Source: Octopus vulgaris (Eukaryota). From it: a stretch of 64,000 bases of DNA. A program made the translations under genes and the position numbers. Below are positions 22,096 through 34,930 of the stretch, one piece after another (the stretch's first letter is position 1; each line of letters opens with the position of its first letter). The stretch spans positions 113,832,001-113,896,000 of the forward strand of contig OX597815.1 of assembly GCA_951406725.2 (NCBI GenBank), given 5' to 3'. The notes under the pieces are model-generated. The model was not told where the DNA came from. It was given only the letters and a program-made list of their open reading frames with translations, and ran no database searches.

Positions 22096-25000
22096 GACAA
22101 TATAGAATAGCCCATCTATCCCTGATTCACGTATGGAAATCAATAATTTGAAATATGAGTTTGATTTCTTGATCATCTGGAAAGTTAATAGGGCCGACAG
22201 ATTCCTCAATTTGTGAATGTGTTACTAATAATTCAACACAGCTTCCAATTCCACTGCTGTTACTACTGCTACTGCTACTGCTGCCAGCTGCAACAGTACT
22301 GGCTTCCTACTAGCTTCATTCAGTGTTGCTTTAACCACCTTTTTGGCTTGAATACCAATAGTTGCAGTATAGCACTTGTTCTAGCAGTCAGTGGATGTTT
22401 TTAAAGAGACTCTGCTCTGGCATTTTTCTCCGCTACTTATGCTTTCTTGTTTGGACAGTTACTGACAGGAGCATGGATCAGCGATTAAGTAGTTTATGTT
22501 TGTGGGATTTATTTACTTCTCAAACATGACAAAAGCAGCTTGTAAATGATTGTAATACAACAGAGTTAATGTATTTATACCTGATATATTTCATCACACC
22601 CAACCGATTGAAGGTAAATATATGCATATATACGTGCACACAAACATAGAAAGCGGTTTTGTTTATGTGTATTCTTTTTTATTTCTTTATTTCTTTTATC
22701 CATATGTCTTTTGTAATATTTTGTTTGATGTTAATTTTTTGGTGAATGTCATTCATGTCTATTAGCAGTTATCCTCAATGGCATTTTTTCCTGCTGTTGT
22801 CATATCATTTATAGAGTAATTTCTCACTGCAAACCCTGTGAAATAATTAAGAACAGTTGGCTATGTAACGATGTAATTGTAATACATTGTTTGTGAAAGT
22901 AAGCGTGAAGAAAAAAAACTGTTGTTTTTGCTCATGCAAGCTGTTTGTGGAGTGTTTCAATTAAATATCCTGGAAAAGAATGTTGTTGAATAATAATTCA
23001 AGTACAATGTTGCACATCTTACATTTTCAAAGTAATATTTACACCTGTTGTGTCTTTGTATTTTTGATGTCATTTAATTATCTTCGCTGTTATGCCAATC
23101 TAATCATTAAATATGTTTGCTTGAAAGCTATTGGGACAAATTGTAAATTTCAAAGTACACAAAAACAGCTGGAACCAGTTTTCTTCATCATGTGACTTAC
23201 ATTATTGGTATAGATGTCATAAGTGGACTGCATCAGGAAGCAAATAAAGATATGAATGAAATATATTATCAATGAATGAATGAACAACTAGTGGTAATAG
23301 TAAGCTAGTCTATGTTTGCTCTCCTAATAGGACTAGTCGCTAAGAAGTGTCAGTTCTTTGTAACTGGTGGTGATGCCATATTTTGTGATGATATAAATTC
23401 CTAATAATTTAAATATTGTCAAAGCTTTCAAGATGTTTATAGGTGAAGTGATAGTCTGATAGCAATAATACTTTTTTTCTTACTCCCACTCAATTTATTG
23501 CTTGTAGAGGGTAATGTTGTTAACCTCAGTATGTTGCTGATATTTGTTTCATTCATTATTTCATATGCGACCTGCTCTCATTTTGGTGGCATATGTAGGT
23601 AGAAATATATGACATCAAACAAGGGACCATTTTACCTGCCTGTCATCTTCAATGACTCCACTATTCTAGAATGAATAAATTAAACAAATAGTTAATTAAC
23701 ATCTTTATTTCATTTTTAACTTTATTTCATGTTTTTCTTTTTTATTTTTTATTAAATATATATTTGAAATTAGTTGAACCCTAATTAGATAAAATATTTT
23801 GCAATTAATTACTAACAAATTTTTTCATAGATACTAGGTCTCTCTATTTTTTTTTTTCCTGAAGTGGTCACTGGATATTGGGCATTAATTTGATGTCAGT
23901 ATGTTGCTGGTATTTATGTCATCAATTTTAGAAGAATAAAAAGAAAGAAAAAGAAAAGCAAAGTCAGCTTTCACAAAATTTAAACCGTGAACAATGCAAA
24001 ACTGAACAAGTATCATAAATTATCTTGTTGATTCTCTAACGTTTGAGCCAACACATCTACTGTTAGTAACTAAAATAAAGTAGAATGAGATATAATCAGT
24101 AATTGTATTGAATATTCAACAGAATAGTCGTATCTGGTTGCATATAGTCACAAGACATGTTCATTAGTATTCTCACAAGCAGTTACTATTGGAACCATAT
24201 ATTTGATATGTTGCCCTCTGGTTTATATCTTACACTAGATATTTAATTACGAAGTCTGTGGATTTCTTTTTTCATTTTTTTTTTTTTTTGTGTATATATG
24301 GGCAATATGGTGAAATGGTATTTGAAGGTGAAGAGATGCTGTACACAGAAGCAATACTGTCCAAAAACTAAGGGATTAGTGGATGGATGAAATTGGTCAG
24401 ATTAATAAAGCGCATGAAGAGTTAAGGTTATGTGTGTGGGCAGTGTCATTCAGAATGGATGTATAAGTAAGGATTTTTCAGAAAACAAGTGTGTTATTGT
24501 TGCTCAGTATTTCTTGTAATCACAGAGTGTGTAGACTTAGGTTTGATATGAAGGTAGCCTGCTGGATTCTTTAAATATATCCTACATGTCCAATATCTGA
24601 AAGGTAGAGTTGATTTAATATGCTGTATGTCAGTTAGTTTAAGAAGGATATATTGATTATGTGAGTATCTTTTACTATTTATGAACTGGGATGTCAGTGA
24701 TTGGTCTGTTATTCTTGATTTGGTCCTTGAGAGGTGTCACCAGCTACTCAGGGCTGAAGAACTTTTTTTGCTCTGGTGAGAGAGAGAGAGAGAGAGAGAA
24801 AAAGCTAGCTAAATATTATTGAGGCTGCCAGTTGTTGTTTTGCCTTGTCTCATCTCTGATTGAGCTGGTTCAATCAGAGATGGCATTCCATTTGTTATTT
24901 ATACTTTAAAAGAAAATCCAGAACCACATTAAGCTGTGCAATGTTTTTCTTGTTTGATAGGGTGTGTAATTCAGCAGAATTGATAACTATATCTAACAGG

Positions 25001-27989
25001 TCAGGCAACTACGTAGAAGCCCCTAATTGATTTGCATCACTGGGAAAGGTGATGACGGGTATTAAAGCAGTGAGTTGTTCATAAGAAGAAAGCAAAATAT
25101 TTATGTTTTGTTGTTGTACATAAGGAAAAAGTGGATATTTGATGGAAACTGTTAATGTTGGTGTTGGATTTTATTAGATGTGGAAGAATGCAGATGTGGT
25201 ATTTGTTTAGGAGTGTATGGGGTTAGAAGGGAATGACAGATGATTATTGATGATAATGCGATAGTGATGAAAAAATTCTTTCAAGCTTCAGAATTTACTG
25301 AAATCAATGTAGTGGAAAACTGAAGAGACATAACAGGTAAATAAGGTAGAACTTCAGATCTAAGCAATTAACTTCTACTTTGTTCTGGAAGTTCAAATAT
25401 TATCAGGATCACTAAAGTATTGATAAATAAGTTGGAACTGCTTCTTTTTCTTAAATATAAGTTTAATATAAATATGAATTTAATTAGATATAAATATAAA
25501 TGTAAGTAAATTGATTCTTACACCAATTTCATTTCCAATTTAGACAGATTAGGCCTTTGATGAGAAATTATTTTATAGATGCTAAGTATTACACCATTTA
25601 GGTCTGTTTATCTCAACCTTGCAGTAGCTGACCCTTGGTGGGGAAGAATTGAGGAGTAAAGAAAGTACCAGTAATATACTAGGGTTGATTAAGATAATTA
25701 TACTTTTTGCAAAATTCATCTCCGTGTATAGCAATTACAAATCATTTTACAAACACTGCACAGTTTCCTTGTAACATCCTCTAACTGCTGGAGTAGATAT
25801 AACCTTCAAGTTATTAACATATTTTAGTGCTCTATATCTTTTAGAAATATAGAGATTTCTTCAATGTGAAACCCTGAGTACAAGATTTTATTGAGTTTCA
25901 AAACATTATTTCAGTGTTTTATTCTAGTTATTTACACACGTGCATGTGTGCACATGCACGTGTGCACACATACACATGCGCACTTTATGCAATTGAAACT
26001 GCATTAGATTATAAATGCAGTGAATAATCATAGATATTACAAATGAATGTATTAGTCACCATTCGCTATATACTGTATTTGACAGATTTCATCTGAGTAT
26101 GTGACTATAGGGTGCATGTTATTGACAAGCCCTAAGAAGGGTGAAACACATTTGCTGTTCCCATGGGTCTCTACTACAATGATGCTTATCTTGTTCTTAA
26201 CACAACATCTCTATGAAAAGATTTTCTCTCAGACAGAAACTGCAGCATTATGCCTGTCAATGGTGTATATATGTTAAGTACAATACGTAGATGGTACACA
26301 GACATTATTAAAAAAGGAAAAACAAGAGAAGAAATTTATTAGGAATCACCTTGTTTAAGGCTCATAATGCAGAGGTCACTTAGCAGTCCTGAAGCTGTTC
26401 AGATTATTTTTAATTTACAAAACAATATATCGTAAGTACATTCTTTCTCTTGTTCTATAGCTGTATCTGTCAACAGAGAGTACAGCTGTTGAATTTGGGA
26501 AATAATTTGGTAATTAGATCTCCTATGAATGTTCACTATGTCACATCCCCAACACTGTATAGGTGAATCATTTGAAGTGATTATGATATCCTGAAGAAAT
26601 TCCAGTTGAACAAGATACTTTAAGATGCAATATTAATGATGACATGAGGAGAAGTTGTAAAATGTGTTGAAGCAGTTACAAATTAGTTTTAGTTGGCAAG
26701 GTTTCATGCATCAATGAGAGAAGATTAAGTTTAATTCCTGGTTACAAGAGATGAGCCAGCTGTTGGCTCCTGAAGAACAGAGAACTATCAGTAAAAATCA
26801 ATATAACTGTTAACCCCACAAATTTTTCATCATTTGATTTCAAAACTCAGATTTTTTGTTTTTGTTCTTTTTCCCCCATTTGAATATAATTCTGTCACCC
26901 TCTAGACATCATTTTATTATGTAAATGCATTTGGTTAAAATACTTGAATTAAGTCACCAAGTTCAGTTTCATTTGTTCTTCAATTCAACTTCTGTCTTGA
27001 TCATTGCTACAGAAGTGAGGAATTAGCTGCCAAAACTAACTTGTGAAAGCTAACATTCTATATTTTGTGGGTGCATACATTTTGTATTATTTAAGGCTAT
27101 AGAAACAGAATAAATTTCAACGTCTTATGCATCAATTTGGCTAAGATGTTACTTGGTTGTTTTTTTTTCTTTTACATTTTTTTCCCATAAAGGCTTAGGT
27201 ATGTTAATTAAGATACCTCAGTGAGTAAAGGATAATTATTGCTGAATTTATGTTTTTAAAATATATTCTATTTTGCTGGTATGCATATATTGTGAGATAA
27301 AGAGATGAAAAAAAAAAAAAAGAAAAACTGTGTGAATGGATTTGCCAGTCATTCAAATAATGATAATTTGTGCTGACCTCAAAAGTTATGATTGGCAGAG
27401 AGATTGGTTTAACCAAGAGTACATGAGGAGAAACCATTTAAAGATATCTGCCAAATAGACGTCAGCATATACAAATGAAAATTAATGATAAATATCATCA
27501 TAATTATCATCAATACCATCATCTATTAATTCATACAGTATGAGCTATTGTTCTAAAATTACATTTCTGGAGAGAAAACACAGATATATCTATAGCAGAT
27601 ACTGTTACTTTTTTTGCAGTGTTATAATTTTACATTTTTCTACTTTCATGTATTTATTATTATTCATAAACTCTGGTCAGTTTTCATTGAATTGACTTAA
27701 AACACAAATAGCAAAAACACACATTAATAAAAAAAAAAAAATAAAAAAAAAGAGAATGTTGTCAGGATTTGGATAAATACTATTGAGTGCTTTCATCTCC
27801 TTCAGCTACTCATCATAAATTGTAAGCTGTTGAAAATTTATCATATATATGAACAGACTCAGATTTGCAATGAGAAGAGCATCTGACTGTATAATATAGA
27901 GAGTGTGTGTTTGTGTAAAAAGTCTGCAAACATAAGACCTTAAATTGAGCTTAGCTATAACAAAGATTGAACTGTACTGTCATCTTTGA

Positions 27990-28750
27990 AATGGCCATGT
28001 TCACTATGCAGAAAAGGAACTATTTGTGATTCCATATGTGGTACCCATTTTAAACTATTGGTGCACAACAGAGTTAGTGGGATAACAGACAGGTTTATTG
28101 GAAAAAAAAAGCTCTCAATGTTGCAGATACACAAGAGTAGTTAAAAACATAGATGAAATAAATTCTTTTAAATGTTTGGAAGGCTCTATATAAGTAGCTC
28201 ATAATTCTCTTACTTCATTGACCCAAGTAAAAAATTTTGGTGAGTGCTTTGAAAGCATAATAGCCAGAGTAAGAAAGGGGTACAAAAATGTTTAGGGAGC
28301 TACTGTTGGCTACAAAGAGGTATTCTTTCTGAATAAAGGGCAGATTGTATGATGTTTGTTTACAAATCATGATGTTACAGGTGGCAAAACTTGGGCCTAG
28401 AATCTGACAGAAGTGTAATGGCTGATAAAAATATAAAGCAATGTTTCAAAGGATGTATAACTTAGTGTGCATGAACAATGGAACACAAATGAGCCAAGAA
28501 AATAAACTGTGCAAGAAAGGAGACCATACTGGTATGGAGGTATGACACATATGGAAAATGACAGTTGGGTTAAAAAAGAGCCAAACAATCCAAGAGAAGG
28601 AACCTGTGGCAGAGCCAAGAAGACATGGGAAGATGTGAAGGTTGATCTCAGGAGATTGAACTTCACAAAGGAGATGACAAAAGACCATTCCTAACGGTAA
28701 GGGCTGTGTTGCAAGCATGGAAAGATGGATTTAAACTCAGGATGATGATG
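27990..28750 (+). mobile_element. Old degenerate RTE 3' portion
   Basis: ORF 28509-28694 ERRPYWYGGMTHM...GTCGRAKKTWEDVKVDLRRLNFTKEMTKD; short tail ending gatgatgatg. Confidence 0.78.
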
Positions 28751-29023
28751 GTAGATGAAGTGCAGTACAAGACTAGTGAAATTGATATACGTGATGTTTG
28801 TTTTGAACTGCTGTAGGTTAATGCCTATTATAAAAATGCGGGCTAAGAGCAAGTTCCAGAGAGTTACTGTTTTGGGGAAGAATATTTGAGCAAAATGTTA
28901 CACAAAGTAAAGTTTAGGATAGAATAGGGATGGTGAGAGGAAGGAAGGTAGGTGTAATGTTTAAGATTATCATAGTAGCAGTCACTGAAATATTGAGAAG
29001 GAATTGCTTAGCCATTGTTAGAA

Positions 29024-29058
<35 letters not shown>

Positions 29059-29149
29059 GAAGATGAAAAGAAAGTAAGTCTTTGTTAAACAGTTAGATGA
29101 CCATTTTTTTAATGTTCTCCAGTGTGTGTGTGTGTGAGACAACAGAATT

Positions 29150-29680
29150 GTCCTAGGTTTGTGAGCAGTAACTGTATGTTGAATGTACTTGAACTTTGTG
29201 GAGTGCCAGTAATTGATAAGAGTTGAAGTATATTTTGTTCCTGGAAAGGAAACTTAATATTTGGGTTACATTGTTAGCAGTGTTAAATGACAGATCATCA
29301 GAGATTGTGAAACCTAGCACTTGTTTTGACTGGGATGCTTTTAGTGTATGTAGTTTTGTGCATAAAATAGATATTGTGAAAGTCTGTTTCTTTGATTGGT
29401 AATAACGATTGGAGAACATTTTCAGAATCTCTGTTTATAAAAGTGATCTCTATATAATATTATGTCTAGATAGTGAGTAAATGACATCTGTGTATGATGA
29501 GTGAAGAGTAGTATTATTTGTATAAGAGCCATTGTTGTTAAAAGTCACAGCAAGTAGGTCATGAAAATAGAGAAGAAAGAGTGCAGGAGACATTACTGAA
29601 TCTTGTGGTGCACCAGAGATGAGAGAAAAAAGATTGCAATGGAGCAGTCTGAAAGGAAATTTGATGCAATAGATGATAAA
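29150..29680 (-). mobile_element. Degenerate non-LTR (CR1/L2/Jockey-like) RT fragment
   Basis: Minus strand SGAPQDSVMSPALFLLYFHDLL (GVPQGS motif) and VLGFTISDDLSF...LSFLSRNKIYFNSYQLLALHKVQVHSTYSYCSQ. Confidence 0.75.
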
Positions 29681-32600
29681 TAGAGTCTATAGGTAGACAA
29701 CCTAGCTATTACTTTTGATGAAGATAACACAGGATTTTGCATTCTACAATGAGCAATCAAACATGATTTATCTACTTACCTACCAGCATCATGATACTCA
29801 AAGTAATAAACATGACCAAAATAATAAAGTACTGGCATATTCTTTCTGTTAGTTATTTCAGTGCCTGATTGTTAAGATCTGATCAGAATGAAATTGGATT
29901 GATGAAATTAGAGTTTGACTATATCTATAGGAAATTTAAAGGCTGTGAGTTTGCGATCATTTTGAAAACCTTACTGTTACAGCCATTCAGTTATGTATCA
30001 AGGCATTGATCAAAAGTGAAAGTAGAAGTTGAAACTTATTGCCAACTGAACAAGTTGCAGTGAGCAGCTGTTTAATTAACAAAGTTTCTACTTATTTTTT
30101 AGAATGGTTACCAGTAACAAGGGAATCTCACTATAAAAATATTTACTTCAGCAATTTTCTAATGTGATGACAGGTAAATTGTCCCTCTTAACAATGGTAT
30201 GTAGCTTTTTCAGCTGATGCTGAGTCTGTAAAAGTCACAGACATTAATTTCAGCTAGTTTATAGGTTAAATCAACTCTGACAGGTTCAAACTTGAAACAG
30301 TTACCTTTTAAAAGTTGTTCATTTTACAACCAGTGTGTTTACAGCTTTTACAGCCAGTGTGTTGGATTCCATGAAGCAATATTATTCAATTTGCTTTCTG
30401 GTTATTACCATCTTGTCTGTCAGCTTGTTATCTTAGGGATTAAGGTTTGAGAAATATGGTTCTAGCACTTAAGAAAGTTGTTGTTCATGTGTGAGGAATT
30501 TTGGTATGTCAAGTAATTTAAATGAATGAATGTTGTTACTTGTTTCAGTGAAGGTGTTTTGTTAGTGATTGTAGCAGTCACTTGTCATTGAGTTATTGAG
30601 TATTGTATTGAACTGAATGAAATCAATGTTTTATATTTAATATTTGAATTTTTCTTGTTAATCAGCATATTCTTCTGTTAAACACCAATAGTTTACTTGT
30701 GCACACATGCACACACATATATACAAACACTTTCTCTCACACACACACATCTTCATAGTGATCATCATATTTATGTGATGTCTTTGTATACCACCAGTTA
30801 TCACGTGTTTAAAATGCAGAGTTATAGAGTGCATTATTTACATGGGATGTGGATTCAACTTCCTCATGCATGTATGTGCAAGAATATTTACATTCAACAT
30901 GTCTTTGCATGACATGCTGAAGCAAAACAGTGATTTCCTGTTTACATCCCTTGTAAACAAAACATCTTGCACTCTCTACTGTATACTTGTCCCAACCAGT
31001 GGAATAAATAATCCCTTACTTTAAAAAGCAGGTTCAGATCTGCAGCAGGAAGAGCATCTGGCTGTGAAATAATGCCTTAAAATGTTTTGATTTTTATGCC
31101 AGCACGGAAAGGAAGGAAAAAATAAATGAATAAATACCAACACACTTTTTCCATCTTATTTTCATTATTAACTGTCCTCGCAACCCCTTTCATATCTACG
31201 ATGTGTTCCTTGTCAATTTTTCTGTCCCACTCTGTAAAGTCACTCTTGTCAACTTTTCTCCTGAAGAAAGGCTTACCCTGAAATGTTGGATTTTCCACTC
31301 CTCAGAACAAGTTCACTGTACTATTTCTGCTGAGTTTACTACTTATATTACTGTGTGTGTATGTGTGTGTGTGAGCATGCATGTGTGTGTGGTTGTGTGT
31401 GTGTGTGTGTGTGTGTGTGTTCAGTGCGTCTTGGGCATGATTTTAGATTCCATCCATTAGCAAGACCTGATTCATGTGTTCAGGGTCTTGAGGTATGTGG
31501 AACCATGTCTTAGCTACTATTTGTTCCTTGGTCTACTCTGATCTGGAGTAGTAGCATCTGTGAGAGGTCCAGCTATGGGTTAACTAGCATATTAGGGTTT
31601 CCCCACTTGTGCTTATGAAGTGTGGATCCAGCAGACTCTGTGGTAAAAACTGTCATAGCTCAACAGAGTGGAAAGCAGTTGCAGCAACGCATTGTAGACT
31701 GCAGAGAGAAGGATGAGGCAAGTGAGACATTCTGGTCATCTGTCCCCATCCTCAGTCATCTTGACCTTGTCTTGCCACATAATTAAAGTTAGTGACATGA
31801 GGGAGTGACGTTGAAAGTACACGACTCTTTTTCACTTTAACCCATTAGCACTTAAACCAGACAATGAAAAAGCATACAAACAAAAAAATGTTATACAAAG
31901 TCAGATAAGAAAGGATGTGCCTGAAAGGCATAGAAATGTAAAGTAAAAAAAACAAAAAGCAAAGAAGTGTACAGTAAAGGAAAATGTATAGAAAAGAAGA
32001 AGGAAAAAGTATAGAGAAAAGAAGTGTGTGTCAATAGAAAGAGTAAATAATGTACAATGCAATTAAAGATGCTTGTTTGCCTTGTGAACACTTTTGGGTC
32101 CTTAGCCCAACATGTCCCATCACTTTCCTTCCTACTAGATTACCCTGTTGTTTGTGGACCTCATTATTACATATATCATCAACCTCTCTACACTGCCAGT
32201 TATCACTTTCGTACTCTCAAGCTACTTCCTATTGATATCCATCTTTCATTCTTAATAACCCTCCACCCCATAAACCTTCCCACCTTTGCTTGTCACATAC
32301 TACATTCATCCCTATATACCTCTCATAACCACTTACTTTCTCTCACACCTTACACTCTTGCATCCTTTACTCACCCCTGTCAACCTGCATCTCTGTATAA
32401 TTCATCTCTCTCCTATCTCCTGTTTTCTATTACTGATAACCCTTTCTGTTTTGCCAGTCATCACTTCCTCTTCTCTGAGCCACTTCTATTGACGTCCATG
32501 CCTCATTCTTAACACTGCCTTCTCACTCATATTTACTATCAACCACTCTTGTGCACTATTCACTACATTTACTTCCAGTCCTATTTTGAACCATCTCACT

Positions 32601-33941
32601 TTCCTGCACACCTCTTGCAACATTTACTTACCTACCCTTTTTGAACTCCTGTCTCTACCTTTTTGTAATTTGAATATGCAATCTATTACAGTTTCACCAT
32701 TATCTTTATCTTACTTTCTAGCTCCACCTTATCCACCTCTGCCCATCCATATATAATTCAGGTTAGCCATGAATCTCTGCCACAACAACAGATCTGTTCT
32801 ATCTCCCATCATATTGTATCCCTCAACATCTCACATAAAGCTACCCCTCTCTCCTGTTCTCTCTCTCAGTCATAATGGCTCTTTCATCTTATGAGGTACA
32901 AGGTGATTTCACTGCGATCCACTTACACACACATGCACAAAGGAGGATTAATTATAATCATAGTTATTCACAACATGGAGGCTGTGTTTCAACAAAGTAT
33001 GTATTCACTGAGCTTTATCAGAGGATATACAAACAAGAACAGATGCACTCAATACTTATGGTATAATTTATTTATTCTTTAAAAAATTCCAACTCACTTT
33101 TCCTATTCAGTGAATCATTCATTTCAAATGGCTAATATGTAAAGAAACATATACTGAACAGTATAGATAATGATAGGAAATCAGACCTACTTACTTAATG
33201 AATTCTTAAAAGTTCCTCTGACCTTTTTTGCATAATTTACAACTTTATTTCCAAGAAGGAAATAGTTTAGTTTTTAAAACATTTTTCTGTGCATTTCAAT
33301 CTAATAAATGTGTTATAATTAGTAGGTTGTGATTTCTTTTTATTGAAACCCTATTTTGATGATTTTTATTTTCTCATTGATGTTAATTCAGTTGTGTGAG
33401 GAATTAATCTTTATTAATCTCTTCAAATTCCATTTAATTGGATTATTGAAAGATTTAGAGATATTGGTAATATTTGCATTATATTTTCATATTCATCTTT
33501 TTGTAAACTTGAAAATGTACTTTTATGATAGGCTTAATATATATATATATATATATTCATTCACTATCATCAGCATCAGCATTTAATGCCCATTTGTCTA
33601 TGTTTGCGTGGGTCAGACAGAATATGTTAAGCTTTTTTATAGAAGGCAAGAAATGAACAACATGCTCGTTTACAACCATCATGTAATGTCAAAACAGGGG
33701 TACACACAAATACAAACATGCATTCACAAACAAACAATTTACATATGTACCTCCCATGCAGTGCTATGTAAAAGCACCCAGCACATTCTGTAAAGGGGTT
33801 AGCAATAGGAAGAGCATCCAGCCATAGAAACCATGCCAAATAAGACTGGAGACTGGTGCAGATCTCCAGCTTGGCAGCATGGACAACAGATGTTAAACAA
33901 TAATGATGATACCTATATATATATATATATATATATATTAT

Positions 33942-34615
33942 CATCATCATCATCATTTAACGTCCGTTTTCCATGCTAGCATGGGTTGGATGGTTCAACC
34001 GGGGTCTGGGAAGCCAGGAGGCTGCACCAGGCTCCAGTCTGATCTGGCAGTGTTTCTACAGCTGGATGCCCTTCCTAACGCTAACCACTCCATGAATGTA
34101 GTGGGTGCTTTTTATGGGCCACCAGCACAGGTGCCAGAGGAGGCTGGCAATGGCCATGATTGGTTGGTGCTTTTTATGTGCTACCAGCACAGAAGCCAGT
34201 CAAGGCGGCACTGGCATCAGCTACGTTCGGATGGTGCTTTTTATGTGCCACTGGCCCGGGTATCACAACTACAATTTCCATTTGATTTTCATTTTGATGT
34301 TGATGTACTTGACTCAGTAGGTCTCCTCAAGCACAGCTTGTCACCCTACAATCTAAGGTAAGCACAGAAGGCCGTCTTGCAATCCAAGGTACTTTGGATG
34401 GACTGGGGCTGCTTTGTGAAGCTGGTGCAGGAAACAGCCATGAGCTCATGTTATTTGTCGGGTCTTCGCAGTCACAGCATATCTCCAGAGGTCTCGGTCT
34501 TTCGTCATTGCCTCTGTGAGGCCCAACATTCGAAGGTCATACTTGACCACCTCATCCCATTCTTCCTGGGTCTACCTCTACTCTGGATTCTTTCAACTGT
34601 TTGGGAGTGGCACAA
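33942..34615 (-). mobile_element. RTE LINE 3' end
   Basis: (CAT)n tail, conserved 3' UTR and GRPRK.WDEVV..DLRMLGLTEAMT ORF end. Confidence 0.87.
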
Positions 34616-34727
34616 TCAACAGTACTCAGGTGAAACAGATTGAAAAAATTCCCTCACATACCTATATAGTTCTCATTTCTAGTAGGCAGATGTACGAGTG
34701 CATCCTTATGATTAATACACACACACA

Positions 34728-34767
<40 letters not shown>

Positions 34768-34779
34768 CACACAAAAAAC

Positions 34780-34930
34780 AGACTTCTTTCAGTTTCCGTC
34801 TACTAAATTCACTCACAAGGCTTGCTTTAGCCAGTCTGGGGCTATAGTAGAGGGCACTTGTCCAAGACATCATGCTGTGGGACTGAACCTGAGACTACAT
34901 GACTTGGAAGGAAGCTTGCAGGTTTCTTAC
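34780..34930 (-). mobile_element. SINE family A, 5' half
   Basis: cttctttcagtttccgtctactaaattcactcacaaggc...gtgggactgaacc. Confidence 0.8.

Noticed and set aside
21702-22097. ORFs rich in YI, HT, SL or RE dipeptides here and at 2307, 6872, 8960, 18677 and elsewhere
   Set aside because: These are translations of microsatellites.
22480-22613. Possible alternative first exon ending aag|gtaaat
   Set aside because: The short ORF (MYLYLIYFITPNRLK) ends in phase 0, incompatible with the phase-2 acceptor at 41011, and there is no promoter evidence.
25936-25965. Palindrome acacgtgcatgtg-tg-cacatgcacgtgt
   Set aside because: Expected by chance in decayed CA/TG microsatellite.
30103-30173. Possible cassette exon (tttttag ... 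cag|gtaaat)
   Set aside because: 71 nt long, with an in-frame stop when joined to the upstream exon and no FERM similarity. The flanking real exons already join without a gap. A poison exon cannot be excluded without RNA data.
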